A stretch of DNA of 64,000 nucleotides, from IMG/VR virus record IMGVR_UViG_3300044712_000815, positions 95,265 through 159,264 of that record, one strand, 5' to 3'. Position numbers and translations under genes: made by a program. Every line of letters starts with the position of its first letter. Position 1 is the stretch's first letter. The notes beneath the pieces were generated by a model. It had not been told where the DNA came from. It worked only from the letters and a program-made list of their open reading frames with translations, and did no database searches. Source of the DNA: a virus. Below, one piece after another: positions 18,349 through 27,349 of this stretch.

Positions 18349-19668
18349 CTAATTTTTAGCTAAAGAACAACCACATTCTTCATTTAATTCGTGTTTACTA
18401 ATTCCGTTGAAGGAACAAGATAAACTATAGTTAAATAAACTTAAATCTATTTTATTTAAAAAGTCCGTGCCAGACAACATTTCAATTTCTTTTTTACCAA
18501 TATTTACACTACTATTCAAATCTCTTTGATAAATTTTACCACAATTAGGACAAATATATTGTCTAATTGATGGATTTTTATATACCCGATCACCACAAAA
18601 ATAACAATCACTAGTTGTGTGTTTTTCACTATTAACTATTAATGTTTTACCACATTTTTTGGATTGATGTTCCAAAATATTTCTAAACATTCCAATCATT
18701 TCCTGATTTAACATACTTCTGTGCATTGTGTCAAATTTAGCAGTATTTAAATCTGGTGTATAATCACCAATAATAATTAAATCGTAATTTTTAAATAAAT
18801 AATTAGAAATAGTATTACAATATGTCTTTTTTTGTTCTCGAATTTTATCATATACTTTAATTAATTTATTTTTTAATCTATTGTATTCTTTTGTGTATTG
18901 TTTAAATTTTACATTATAATTTTTATCGCCATTAATTAAATATTTTTTCTTTTTATCCATTATTGATTTAATTTCATCTATTTGTTTATCACCATATTTT
19001 ATAAAATTGTTTTTATTAAAAATTATAGTTTTACCATTATTATCAACTGCACAAAAAAAGTTTTTGTGGTTTTGATCTATTGAAATCCAATTTTTAATAT
19101 CTTTCTTTATTGGATCAAGCATATCAAATGTTAAATTGATATAATATTTATTTGATTTTTTACAAATTCTTAATGTTTTTAGTTTACCCGATCTTAATTT
19201 ATTTTTTAATTGTGCTTTTATTTTTATTCGTTTACCATTAATATCTTTTCCACAAGATAAAATAAATTCATTATCATTTATTGAATAACCAATATATGGT
19301 TCATCATAATATAATGAAAACCATTTCTTTTTCCATGATCTAAAATGTGGATAACCTTTATTATTCTTAAAAAATCCCTTAAATGCAAATTCTAATCTTG
19401 TTGCTACTTCTTTAAGTGGTTTACTATATATTGTGTTAATGAAATTATAATCTGTTGTTTTTTTCATATTATTTACCATATAATTTCTCAACCCATTTCT
19501 TTTATTTAATAATGGTTTATTTAAATTAGTTAACTTAAATTCTTTATATTGATTTATGGATAATTCTAATAAATGATTATATAACCAATTTAATATTTTA
19601 CTTTGACCATCCAATATTAATTTATTTTCATTATCTAGTATTAATTCTATATTTTGACTATAAATCAT
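18349..19668 (-). CDS. tnpB: TnpB-family RNA-guided nuclease with rearranged RuvC-II, no adjacent TnpA
   Basis: GYPHFRS; RuvC-I SIDQN; IIIGDY; SEKHTTSDC; Zn ribbon CYFC/CPNC; RuvC-III RDLNSSVNI. Confidence 0.88.
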   Translation of the reverse strand: MIYSQNIELILDNENKLILDGQSKILNWLYNHLLELSINQYKEFKLTNLNKPLLNKRNGLRNYMVNNMKKTTDYNFINTIYSKPLKEVATRLEFAFKGFFKNNKGYPHFRSWKKKWFSLYYDEPYIGYSINDNEFILSCGKDINGKRIKIKAQLKNKLRSGKLKTLRICKKSNKYYINLTFDMLDPIKKDIKNWISIDQNHKNFFCAVDNNGKTIIFNKNNFIKYGDKQIDEIKSIMDKKKKYLINGDKNYNVKFKQYTKEYNRLKNKLIKVYDKIREQKKTYCNTISNYLFKNYDLIIIGDYTPDLNTAKFDTMHRSMLNQEMIGMFRNILEHQSKKCGKTLIVNSEKHTTSDCYFCGDRVYKNPSIRQYICPNCGKIYQRDLNSSVNIGKKEIEMLSGTDFLNKIDLSLFNYSLSCSFNGISKHELNEECGCSLAKN

Positions 19669-19832
19669 AATATATTAATTTCATTTTTGTCGATCACATT
19701 GTATTCGATTAAATCTTTAAGTATTAGATACTCTACATATTTTGAAGAATTTTCCATATTTTCCAATAAATATTCTTTGATTTTTGGATTTACTGCTACC
19801 GAAATACTAACTTTAGTTTTAATCTTTTTCAT
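19665..19832 (-). CDS. Small RHH-like protein (RHH-b2), not in ORF track
   Basis: Manual translation MKKIKTKVSISVAVNPKIKEYLLENMENSSKYVEYLILKDLIEYNVIDKNEINIL; ATGA overlap with tnpB. Confidence 0.78.
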   Translation of the reverse strand: MKKIKTKVSISVAVNPKIKEYLLENMENSSKYVEYLILKDLIEYNVIDKNEINIL

Positions 19833-19851
19833 TTTATTGTTGTTTTATTAC

Positions 19852-19874
19852 TATATATAAATAAAATAAAGTCA
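19852..19874 (-). promoter_or_regulatory. TGAC-N11-TATATATA putative phage promoter
   Basis: TGACTTTATTTTATTTATATATA, 21/23 identical to 7793-7815. Confidence 0.6.
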
Positions 19875-19932
19875 TATTTTTCTATTTTTAAACATTTTTA
19901 ATATTTAAGTATATATAAGTAAAAAAAATTAT

Positions 19933-20085
19933 ATGGCAAGACCTAAAATAATAGACAAGAAAATAACTATGTCATTGACAATAAATGAATTATTGAATGA
20001 AAAATTAGAAAAATATCTTAATGAGAAAAAATTAAGTAAATCTGAATATATTGAAAATTTAATAAAAAAAGATAAAAATCTATGA
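19933..20085 (+). CDS. Small RHH-like protein (RHH-a2), not in ORF track
   Basis: Manual translation MARPKIIDKKITMSLTINELLNEKLEKYLNEKKLSKSEYIENLIKKDKNL. Confidence 0.78.
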   Translation: MARPKIIDKKITMSLTINELLNEKLEKYLNEKKLSKSEYIENLIKKDKNL

Positions 20086-20849
20086 CACCATATATAATAT
20101 CAGCTTCTCGTCGTGAAGATATTCCAGCTTGGAAAGTTGAATGGTTTTTAGACCGAATTAAAGAAGGTAAAGTTGAAATGTGTAGTTCCTTCGCTGAATA
20201 TGAAATATCCTTTGAAAAGACCAAATTGATAGTATTTTGGACTAAAAACCCAAGACCACTAATGGAACATTTGAAAGAAATACCTTTCAAGTATTATTTT
20301 CATTATACATTAAATGATTATCCGGAATATGAATTGAATGTACCACCATTAAATGATAGAATTCAAACTTTTATAGATTTATCAAATATGATAGGTAAGA
20401 AAAAAGTAATTTGGAGATTCGATCCTATTATAATTAATGATCAAATATCAGTTGATGAAATAATAAAAAGAATTAAAAATATTGGTGACCAAATTTATCC
20501 ATATACTGAAAAATTAGTATTTAGTTTTGTTGATCCATATGTGAAACTTAAAAATCAATTTAATAGTATAAATAACGAAACACAATTAAAAATTGTAAAT
20601 GAACTAAAAAAACTTAATTTATCCTGGAATTTAGAATTGGCAACATGCGCTGAAAACAATGAATTTGAAGGAATTGAACACAATAAATGTATTGATCCCG
20701 AATTAATTAAACGGATATGTGGAAATAAACGATGGATTAGTGACACAAAAGATAAAGCACAACGAAAGTTATGTGGTTGTATAACATCAGGTGATATTGG
20801 ATCATTTAGAGAATGTTCACATTCATGTACATATTGTTACGCAAAATAA
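20082..20849 (+). CDS. DUF1848 family protein (SPL/radical-SAM-like fold with C-terminal Fe-S motif)
   Basis: IISASRREDIPA, FWTKNP, WRFDPI, CGC..S.DIG....CSHSCTYCYA. Confidence 0.85.
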   Translation: MTPYIISASRREDIPAWKVEWFLDRIKEGKVEMCSSFAEYEISFEKTKLIVFWTKNPRPLMEHLKEIPFKYYFHYTLNDYPEYELNVPPLNDRIQTFIDLSNMIGKKKVIWRFDPIIINDQISVDEIIKRIKNIGDQIYPYTEKLVFSFVDPYVKLKNQFNSINNETQLKIVNELKKLNLSWNLELATCAENNEFEGIEHNKCIDPELIKRICGNKRWISDTKDKAQRKLCGCITSGDIGSFRECSHSCTYCYAK

Positions 20850-20858
20850 AAATAAAAT

Positions 20859-21068
20859 ATGACACAAAAAGAAATTGATTTAGTATATGAATTAACTATA
20901 AGCATATATCAAGATAAGTGGTTTAAAGAAAAAAAAAGAACCCGTGATGAAGTACAAGACTGGGTTAGAAAACAACTAGCATCATTTGAAATATACACTA
21001 TGCCATGTGGTATGAGTTGGGGTGTTTTATGTAGTGAAGAATTATATAATGAAATTGGTAATATATGA
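20859..21068 (+). CDS. Hypothetical protein
   Basis: ORF in the operon. Confidence 0.55.
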   Translation: MTQKEIDLVYELTISIYQDKWFKEKKRTRDEVQDWVRKQLASFEIYTMPCGMSWGVLCSEELYNEIGNI

Positions 21069-21960
21069 TAAATTTAACCAAAATAAAAAATCAGGAATTA
21101 TATTTTAATGATTGTTTTGATGTATTTCCAACAATTTCAGATAAATCGGTTGATGCTATTATGGCAGATTTACCATTCGGTACAACCAATTGTCCTTGGG
21201 ATAGTGTTTTACCATTAAATAAGCATATTAAATTAACTAAAAGAAATAAAATAATTTATATTAATGAAAATGATTTTTTAATTAATCAGTATAAATTGGG
21301 AATTTCTTATAATGAAGCAAAAGAATATTTCGATAACAATTGTTCTTTAGGTTTATGGGATCATTACAAAAGAATAATTAAAGATAATGGTGTGATATTA
21401 TTGTTTGGTCAAACGCCATTTGTTGAAGTTCTTGGCAACTCCAATATTGATATGCTTAAATATGAATGGGTATGGGAAAAAACCCAAGCAACTGGTTATT
21501 TTAATGCAAAAAAGTGTCCAATGAAAGCACATGAAAATATTTTAGTGTTTTATAATAATCCACCAACATATAATTATCAGAAAACCGAAGGACATAGCCC
21601 AATAAATACATATACGAAAAAAGTTGATGTGTGCAACAAAACCCATGTTTATGGTAAGGTAAAAAAGGATGTTAGTGGTGGTGGTGAAACTGATAGATAT
21701 CCAAGGAGTGTACAATTATTTTCTTCTGATAAACAAAAAATAAACTAAATGGTACAATTCATTCGACACAAAAACCATTAGAATTAATGAAATATTTCAT
21801 CAAAACATATACCAATGAAGGTGATTTAATATTGGATAACACAATGGGATCAGGGACAACAAATTTGGGGTCATTTATATTAAATAGGAGATCAATAGGA
21901 ATTGATAATGATAAGACATCTTTTGATAAAGCAGTAAAAAGAATTACTGATTATATTTAA
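21065..21960 (+). pseudogene. N4/N6 DNA methyltransferase (beta class) with a frameshift at the A-run about 21736-21741
   Basis: DLPF catalytic motif in the first ORF; the -1 frame continues HSTQKPLELMKYFIKTYTNEGDLILDNTMGSGTT (SAM-binding) to TAA at 21960. Confidence 0.8.
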
Positions 21961-21989
21961 AAATAAATGAAAAAATATTACCAAATATA

Positions 21990-22020
21990 GTTGATAATCA
22001 AATTATTTTTCGTATCTTTG
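21990..22020 (+). promoter_or_regulatory. Bacteroidota housekeeping-type promoter
   Basis: GTTG-N19-TATCTTTG. Confidence 0.65.
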
Positions 22021-22043
22021 TAGCATAATTAAAACAACAAAAA

Positions 22044-22433
22044 ATGAAAGATCGTATTGAATTACTAATAAAATTAGGATTATCTGAAAAACAAGCAACA
22101 GATTTTGTTGAAAATATCGCAAATGAAGCATATTCTGATGGTTATGTGGAAGGTATGACAGATGAACCTGCAATAATTGGTGAAAGTTTAGGAAAATCTG
22201 GTATGGATTTTTTTGAATGGTGGAACATTAAAATGAAAAATGAAAATAAACCACTTTCTTATTCAGATATAGCATTACATATGTTAGTAAAAGATGAACT
22301 TGGTAGAATCGGAAAAGTCATTATAAATGATGATATTGATAATATTAAAATATCATTTAGTAAAGATCACTGTGAATACTTTTCACTTAGGTCCGATAAT
22401 AATGATGGTTTATCCAAATTATATAAAGCATAA
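22044..22433 (+). CDS. Hypothetical protein
   Basis: Follows the host-type promoter. Confidence 0.6.
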   Translation: MKDRIELLIKLGLSEKQATDFVENIANEAYSDGYVEGMTDEPAIIGESLGKSGMDFFEWWNIKMKNENKPLSYSDIALHMLVKDELGRIGKVIINDDIDNIKISFSKDHCEYFSLRSDNNDGLSKLYKA

Positions 22434-22448
22434 TTAAAAACAACGAAA

Positions 22449-22718
22449 ATGACTTACGAATCAGAACAAGTATTTGTGTATCTTTTTGATAGGGGATGGG
22501 TTGATAATGATGGTGTTTGTTACAGAACTGGCAAATATTTAAACAACACCGGATATTATAGTGAAACGTTTAAGGATAATAAAATATACCATTGTGGAAA
22601 CGGTGATTGGGATAATATTCCAAAACCAATTTCTAAAAAATTAGTAGCAGAACATATTGACCAATATAATTCAGAAAACTTAGATAGAGACATATACGAA
22701 CAGTGGAATCTTCTTTAA
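22449..22718 (+). CDS. Hypothetical protein
   Basis: Leader (GCATAATTAAAA..CAAC.AAA) duplicated from the previous gene. Confidence 0.6.
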   Translation: MTYESEQVFVYLFDRGWVDNDGVCYRTGKYLNNTGYYSETFKDNKIYHCGNGDWDNIPKPISKKLVAEHIDQYNSENLDRDIYEQWNLL

Positions 22719-22724
22719 AGGCAT

Positions 22725-22753
22725 AAAAAAAAGCTTCAAATTGAAGCTTTTTT
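22725..22753. terminator. Bidirectional terminator
   Basis: AAAAAAGCTTCAA-A-TTGAAGCTTTTTT between convergent genes. Confidence 0.75.
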
Positions 22754-22761
22754 ATTTTTTA

Positions 22762-23094
22762 TTATCCTAGATTACTTTTTAATTTTTTTATTAAATTAAG
22801 TCGTCTTAATAATTTTTTTTCTTTTTTATTTAGATCACCATCATTATCCATTTTAGCGTGTAATTCATCAATTTTATCACTAATTTTATCCATTGGAATA
22901 ATTTCATCTTCGGATACATCCAACAATTTTTTAAGTTTTGTTGGTTCATCCAAATTTCGTTTAGCCCAATCAGCGTCTTTTTGTGCTTGTTTTTTTAATT
23001 TATTGGCTTTTTTAGCTTTCTTTTTGAGTTTTTTTTCTGAATCGTCATCACTATTTTCAAAAATAAAGTTTTCATATATTTCTACGTGTTTCAT
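22762..23094 (-). CDS. Lys-rich putative internal head protein
   Basis: CTS-like N-terminus MKHVEIYENFIFE. Confidence 0.55.
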   Translation of the reverse strand: MKHVEIYENFIFENSDDDSEKKLKKKAKKANKLKKQAQKDADWAKRNLDEPTKLKKLLDVSEDEIIPMDKISDKIDELHAKMDNDGDLNKKEKKLLRRLNLIKKLKSNLG

Positions 23095-23105
23095 AAAATT
23101 GAAAA

Positions 23106-23543
23106 TTATTTTTTCTTACCAATTGGTTTTTTGGTAATTTTTCTATCATCATCATAGATTTTACATTTTTTGTCTTTTTTACAATCTTTATCTTTAACTT
23201 TTACATCATCATCTTCATCATCAATATCATCTAATCTAACTTTTTTTTCATTGATAATGTCTTTACCAGTTTCTGTACGTTTAGAATGTTTTTGATCATT
23301 CTTTGGTAAATCACTTTTACCAAAATCATCAAGACTAATTAAATTATGCAATTTGCCATTAGAAATAACATCTTTTGATTTTGGTTTTTCATTTACATCT
23401 TTAGACCAATCTTTAGGATAATCATTTGATTCAGCTAATATATCTTTAGCCACTTCAGTGTGTTTTGTTGGTTTTGCTTTTTTGCAAACCTTGTCACAAG
23501 AAAATTCTTCTATTCCAAGAAGGTTATTTAATTTTTTGTCCAT
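23106..23543 (-). CDS. Charged protein with duplicated NL..EEF...TK.TEVAKDI motif, putative head protein
   Basis: Motif also present in 40643-41911. Confidence 0.55.
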   Translation of the reverse strand: MDKKLNNLLGIEEFSCDKVCKKAKPTKHTEVAKDILAESNDYPKDWSKDVNEKPKSKDVISNGKLHNLISLDDFGKSDLPKNDQKHSKRTETGKDIINEKKVRLDDIDDEDDDVKVKDKDCKKDKKCKIYDDDRKITKKPIGKKK

Positions 23544-23579
23544 TGTCTTTAATTATTTTTTTGTATATATAAATATTTT

Positions 23580-23840
23580 TTAATTTTTTTCTTCTTTACC
23601 ACAAATTTCATCTTTAATCTGATCTAAATCTTTAGATGCACCTTTACCTTTAACCCAATATTTATTGATGTTATCGAAAAATTCTTTCTTTTTTTCTTCT
23701 GATAATTTAGCAGGTGATTTTTCATCATAACAATTATTAAGAATAAATTTAAAAAATTCTCTATATTCTTTTTGCAAATCAGATAATTGTTGTTCATTTA
23801 CACTATCCATATATTGTCCAAAATCTTTAATCTTGTTCAT
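23580..23840 (-). CDS. Putative internal head protein
   Basis: MNKIKDFGQYMDSVNE; upstream AATATATA. Confidence 0.55.
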   Translation of the reverse strand: MNKIKDFGQYMDSVNEQQLSDLQKEYREFFKFILNNCYDEKSPAKLSEEKKKEFFDNINKYWVKGKGASKDLDQIKDEICGKEEKN

Positions 23841-23878
23841 ACGTTATTCTTTTTTTTATTATATATTAATTTTTAAAA

Positions 23879-24100
23879 TCATTTTTTTTTATCATATAAT
23901 TTTAAATTTCTCGTGATTAAATTACCTTTTAATTTTTCAGTTTTCTTTGATCCATCTTCAAAATATATTTCAATTTCAAATTCATCAAATTTAAGACCAA
24001 AATCTTGATATTCAATAATATCATAATTTGTTGATAATATAATCACATTTTTGTTGTGATATAATCCACGTCTACCTATGTAATATTCTTTAAATAACAT
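23879..24100 (-). CDS. Hypothetical protein
   Basis: ORF in the array. Confidence 0.5.
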   Translation of the reverse strand: MLFKEYYIGRRGLYHNKNVIILSTNYDIIEYQDFGLKFDEFEIEIYFEDGSKKTEKLKGNLITRNLKLYDKKK

Positions 24101-24452
24101 TATATTTTTTTCCTTTTTGTATCATATTATATTTTTCCATTTCAATATTTGTTGGAAATTTTAAATTTTTAATATATGCAGTAAAAATTTCACCTTGATG
24201 TTTTAAACCTATTGGTGGATTTGAACCCATAAATCGAGTATATAATAATAAATCAGTTGGCACATCATCATATTTAACATTATAAAAATAATCGTAATCA
24301 CCCAATTCTTTACTATATATTATACCAATATTATTATTTAAAAATTTTTTAATTTCTTCCAACCAATTATCATCAGGAATTATTTTTACAATATCCCCAA
24401 CTTGATATAATATATCATTTTCAAATTTTTTAATATATTTCATTATTGACAA
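24090..24452 (-). CDS. Hypothetical protein (MKYIKKFEN start probably at 24443)
   Basis: CTS-like start; SH3-like YQVGDIVKI. Confidence 0.55.
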   Translation of the reverse strand: MSIMKYIKKFENDILYQVGDIVKIIPDDNWLEEIKKFLNNNIGIIYSKELGDYDYFYNVKYDDVPTDLLLYTRFMGSNPPIGLKHQGEIFTAYIKNLKFPTNIEMEKYNMIQKGKKYNVI

Positions 24453-24985
24453 ATAGTATCAATTGTTTTTGCAACTTTCATCATCGAGTTGTATCTTGCT
24501 TTTTCAAACATTTCTAATGAAACATAATCGACATCATTAAAATTAACTGTTTCATTTATATTTTTTAATTCTTTTTCTTCTTGCATTTTTTCACGCATTT
24601 GTTGCATAACTTCATTTAATCTAGCTTCTTTTTCTTCTTTACGAATTTGACGTATTTCATTTATATTTTCACCATTTATTCTTGTTTCGATATTAAATTC
24701 GTTAAGATTATAATCCTGGGAATAATTTTGTCTTTGTACTTCATTAATATTACCATATTGATTATTCTTATAAGTTTCATAATTCGCATAATTTGGTGTT
24801 TCATTTAAGCTTATATATGAATTTATATTCATAGAATTTCCCCTAATTTGATCATATGAATTTATATTTGATGTATTCCCCCGCAATTGTTCAAATGTAT
24901 ATTCTTTCTTTTCAACATTCTGATATTCATCTACTTGATTTATTTTCTTAAATAAATTAAGATAATCTTGTTCACTTTGTTCCAT
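24443..24985 (-). CDS. Hypothetical protein
   Basis: 180-aa ORF after an AATATATA box. Confidence 0.6.
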   Translation of the reverse strand: MEQSEQDYLNLFKKINQVDEYQNVEKKEYTFEQLRGNTSNINSYDQIRGNSMNINSYISLNETPNYANYETYKNNQYGNINEVQRQNYSQDYNLNEFNIETRINGENINEIRQIRKEEKEARLNEVMQQMREKMQEEKELKNINETVNFNDVDYVSLEMFEKARYNSMMKVAKTIDTICQ

Positions 24986-25072
24986 ATCTATTTAATTGAT
25001 TTTTAATGTATATATTAAAATTTTCATTTTAACTCTAATATATTTATATATATTAAAATTTAAAAATAAAAT

Positions 25073-25672
25073 ATGGCAACAAAAGCGGATAAAGAAGAAT
25101 TTCAAGAAAGTATAGAAAGACTTAAAAATGAAATAGTGGAAACTCAAGATGAGTTGGATTTTGATCCAACTGATTTTTTTCCAGATACACAAAATGTAGA
25201 TTTAAATTTAAAAATTGAAATGCATGATTATGAAAAAGATTTAGAACTTATTAGATCAGAATCAAAAGAAACATTAGAATGTCTTGCTAATCTTTATTTA
25301 AATGATGAAACTATGAATAATAAAAACATTAATAATATTATAACCCAAGATGCACTTGCACTATCAGATTTAAAATTTTCAATATCATGTTCAAAAAGGG
25401 GCTTAATTAATTTAATGAAGCAAATTGATAATGGTAGTACTGATGCTGATTTATTTCAAGCAGTATCAATGTTTCAGAGGGAAATGAAAGAAGGCATTAA
25501 TATGCTTTATAAATTACAAAAAGATATGAAAGATTTTTTTAAAGACCTTAAAGGTGAACTTAAAGAAATAAATATTGGTGATGTTGAAGTCCAAGATAAA
25601 TATAAAGGACTTAGAATCACTGATCGGGATATTAACAAATCGTTAGATAAAATAATGAAAGAAAAAAAATAA
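25073..25672 (+). CDS. Helical protein, possibly terminase small subunit-like
   Basis: Coiled-coil character; LMKQIDNG...DLFQAVSMFQREM weakly recalls the gp16 core. The ORF is solid; the function is weakly supported. Confidence 0.35.
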   Translation: MATKADKEEFQESIERLKNEIVETQDELDFDPTDFFPDTQNVDLNLKIEMHDYEKDLELIRSESKETLECLANLYLNDETMNNKNINNIITQDALALSDLKFSISCSKRGLINLMKQIDNGSTDADLFQAVSMFQREMKEGINMLYKLQKDMKDFFKDLKGELKEINIGDVEVQDKYKGLRITDRDINKSLDKIMKEKK

Positions 25673-25676
25673 TTTA

Positions 25677-25994
25677 TCAGTTTAAATTTTCTTTCGCATT
25701 AAAATATTTATCATATAAAAATTCTGCGGTATATTGATATCTCTTATCGTTCATTTTATCAATATCTAACAATATATCCTGATTGTTATCAAAATATTTT
25801 TCAAGATATGCTTTGGTATCATCTAATTGTTTAAAGGATTTTTCACTAATTCCATTAACTTCACAAATTATATTCATTAAATGATCAAATACATCATCTA
25901 CATAATTTCTTACACCATATTTAAAGCCAAATGAATTTGTTTTATATTCTTTTGGTTCTTTATATCTTTCATTTATAGATTCTAAATATTTCAT
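25677..25994 (-). CDS. Hypothetical/putative head protein
   Basis: MKYLESINE start. Confidence 0.5.
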   Translation of the reverse strand: MKYLESINERYKEPKEYKTNSFGFKYGVRNYVDDVFDHLMNIICEVNGISEKSFKQLDDTKAYLEKYFDNNQDILLDIDKMNDKRYQYTAEFLYDKYFNAKENLN

Positions 25995-25995
25995 T

Positions 25996-26331
25996 TTAAT
26001 TTTGTATAATTAATACATTTACAGTACCTTGCGACACCACATTTATTTCACCACCAAATTTTTCTTTCAATTCTGCTAATAATTTAGATGTTGTGGTTAC
26101 ACCAACAGTAACATCACGCTTCATATATACTGATACTTTTTTACCAGTAGCATAATTTGCAATAAATATCACATAATCATTTGCATCCAATTGTTTTTCT
26201 GGATAGTTTTCATTTTTGTCTATAATAATACCATTTAATTTATTATTATCAAAAAACATTTTAATTTGATCTACTATACTAGTATTTGTATTCTCTTTTA
26301 AGAAATCAAAAAAATTTTTAATTGTTTTCAT
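25996..26331 (-). CDS. Putative internal head protein
   Basis: CTS-like MKTIKNFFDFLKE. Confidence 0.55.
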   Translation of the reverse strand: MKTIKNFFDFLKENTNTSIVDQIKMFFDNNKLNGIIIDKNENYPEKQLDANDYVIFIANYATGKKVSVYMKRDVTVGVTTTSKLLAELKEKFGGEINVVSQGTVNVLIIQN

Positions 26332-26343
26332 ATATATTTCATA

Positions 26344-26784
26344 TTATTTTTTCTTTGATAGTAATGATGTTAAATCGTTAATAAATTTATCTTGTAATTT
26401 TAAATTTTCAATTATTACAAAGTTATTATTACCTTTAACTTTAATACCTTCTATTATTTTTTTCATATCAGGTTTTGATGTATAATATTTAAACAAACCA
26501 TTAACAAATTCATTTAAATTAACATTTAAACTTTCATTATATTTAACAATGTGCAATTCATTATCTTTTTTTCTAATAAAATAATCGGTATTAGAATATT
26601 TTGTTTTTATTGTTTCCATAATATCCTTAATATTTCCATCATTAAATTTAATAATTCTTTCTTCTAATATTTCAATACCTATATTAGTAGATTTTGGTGT
26701 TAATAAAACTTCTTCTTTGATTTGTTCATCATTTCTGATTGACACCTTAACACTGTTTGTTTGTTCACTATATTTTTTAATCAT
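26344..26784 (-). CDS. Hypothetical protein, probable paralog of 45772-46155
   Basis: DNELHIVKYNESLNVNLNEFV..L.KYY vs ENELQCIKYNNKMGVDLTEFV..L.EYY; both have I.GN..F.II and L..LL ends. Confidence 0.65.
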   Translation of the reverse strand: MIKKYSEQTNSVKVSIRNDEQIKEEVLLTPKSTNIGIEILEERIIKFNDGNIKDIMETIKTKYSNTDYFIRKKDNELHIVKYNESLNVNLNEFVNGLFKYYTSKPDMKKIIEGIKVKGNNNFVIIENLKLQDKFINDLTSLLSKKK

Positions 26785-26840
26785 TGTCCTTTTTTATTTT
26801 TATTATATATTAATAAATAATAGTCATTTTTTTAAAAACT

Positions 26841-26882
26841 AAAAAAGGGACTTTCATTAAAAATGAAAATCCCTTCTTTTTA
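26841..26882 (-). terminator. Intrinsic terminator
   Basis: AAGGGACTTTCATT / AATGAAAATCCCTT inverted repeat with A/T tracts. Confidence 0.65.
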
Positions 26883-26894
26883 GTTTCAATATTT

Positions 26895-27335
26895 TTAATA
26901 ATGTGTAATTGTTATATCACCCACACCATTTTTATATTGTGAATTAGGATTGATTACAGATACGATCTTACTCAATATTCTTGCATCTTTTCTTGTTACC
27001 TCAACACCATAAGCTTTAGGTATAATCAATTTATCTTTATTTATATCATATTTTATTGTATAATCTTTTGAATTATTCATCCATTTACGATTATAATCAA
27101 TTACAATATTTAAATAATCAGTATCAGATTTAAATATTGATTTTTCAGATTTTTTTGATATATCTTTTATTTTACCCAAACACAATTCAGAATCAATAAA
27201 TTCAGAAAAAACACTATTTTTTAATAGTTTATTTGATCTATTATTTTGTTTTAAATCATCCATCTTTCTTGCGGCACTAAGAATTGTATCGCTAGATAAT
27301 TCTGTAATAAAATCTTCGAATAGTTTAATTTTCAT
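26895..27335 (-). CDS. Putative internal head protein
   Basis: CTS-like MKIKLFEDFITE. Confidence 0.6.
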   Translation of the reverse strand: MKIKLFEDFITELSSDTILSAARKMDDLKQNNRSNKLLKNSVFSEFIDSELCLGKIKDISKKSEKSIFKSDTDYLNIVIDYNRKWMNNSKDYTIKYDINKDKLIIPKAYGVEVTRKDARILSKIVSVINPNSQYKNGVGDITITHY

Positions 27336-27349
27336 ATTTAAATTTAAAT

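Noticed and set aside
18270-19932. Complete IS200/IS605 or IS607 element
   Set aside because: No Y1 transposase or serine recombinase, and I could not identify end hairpins
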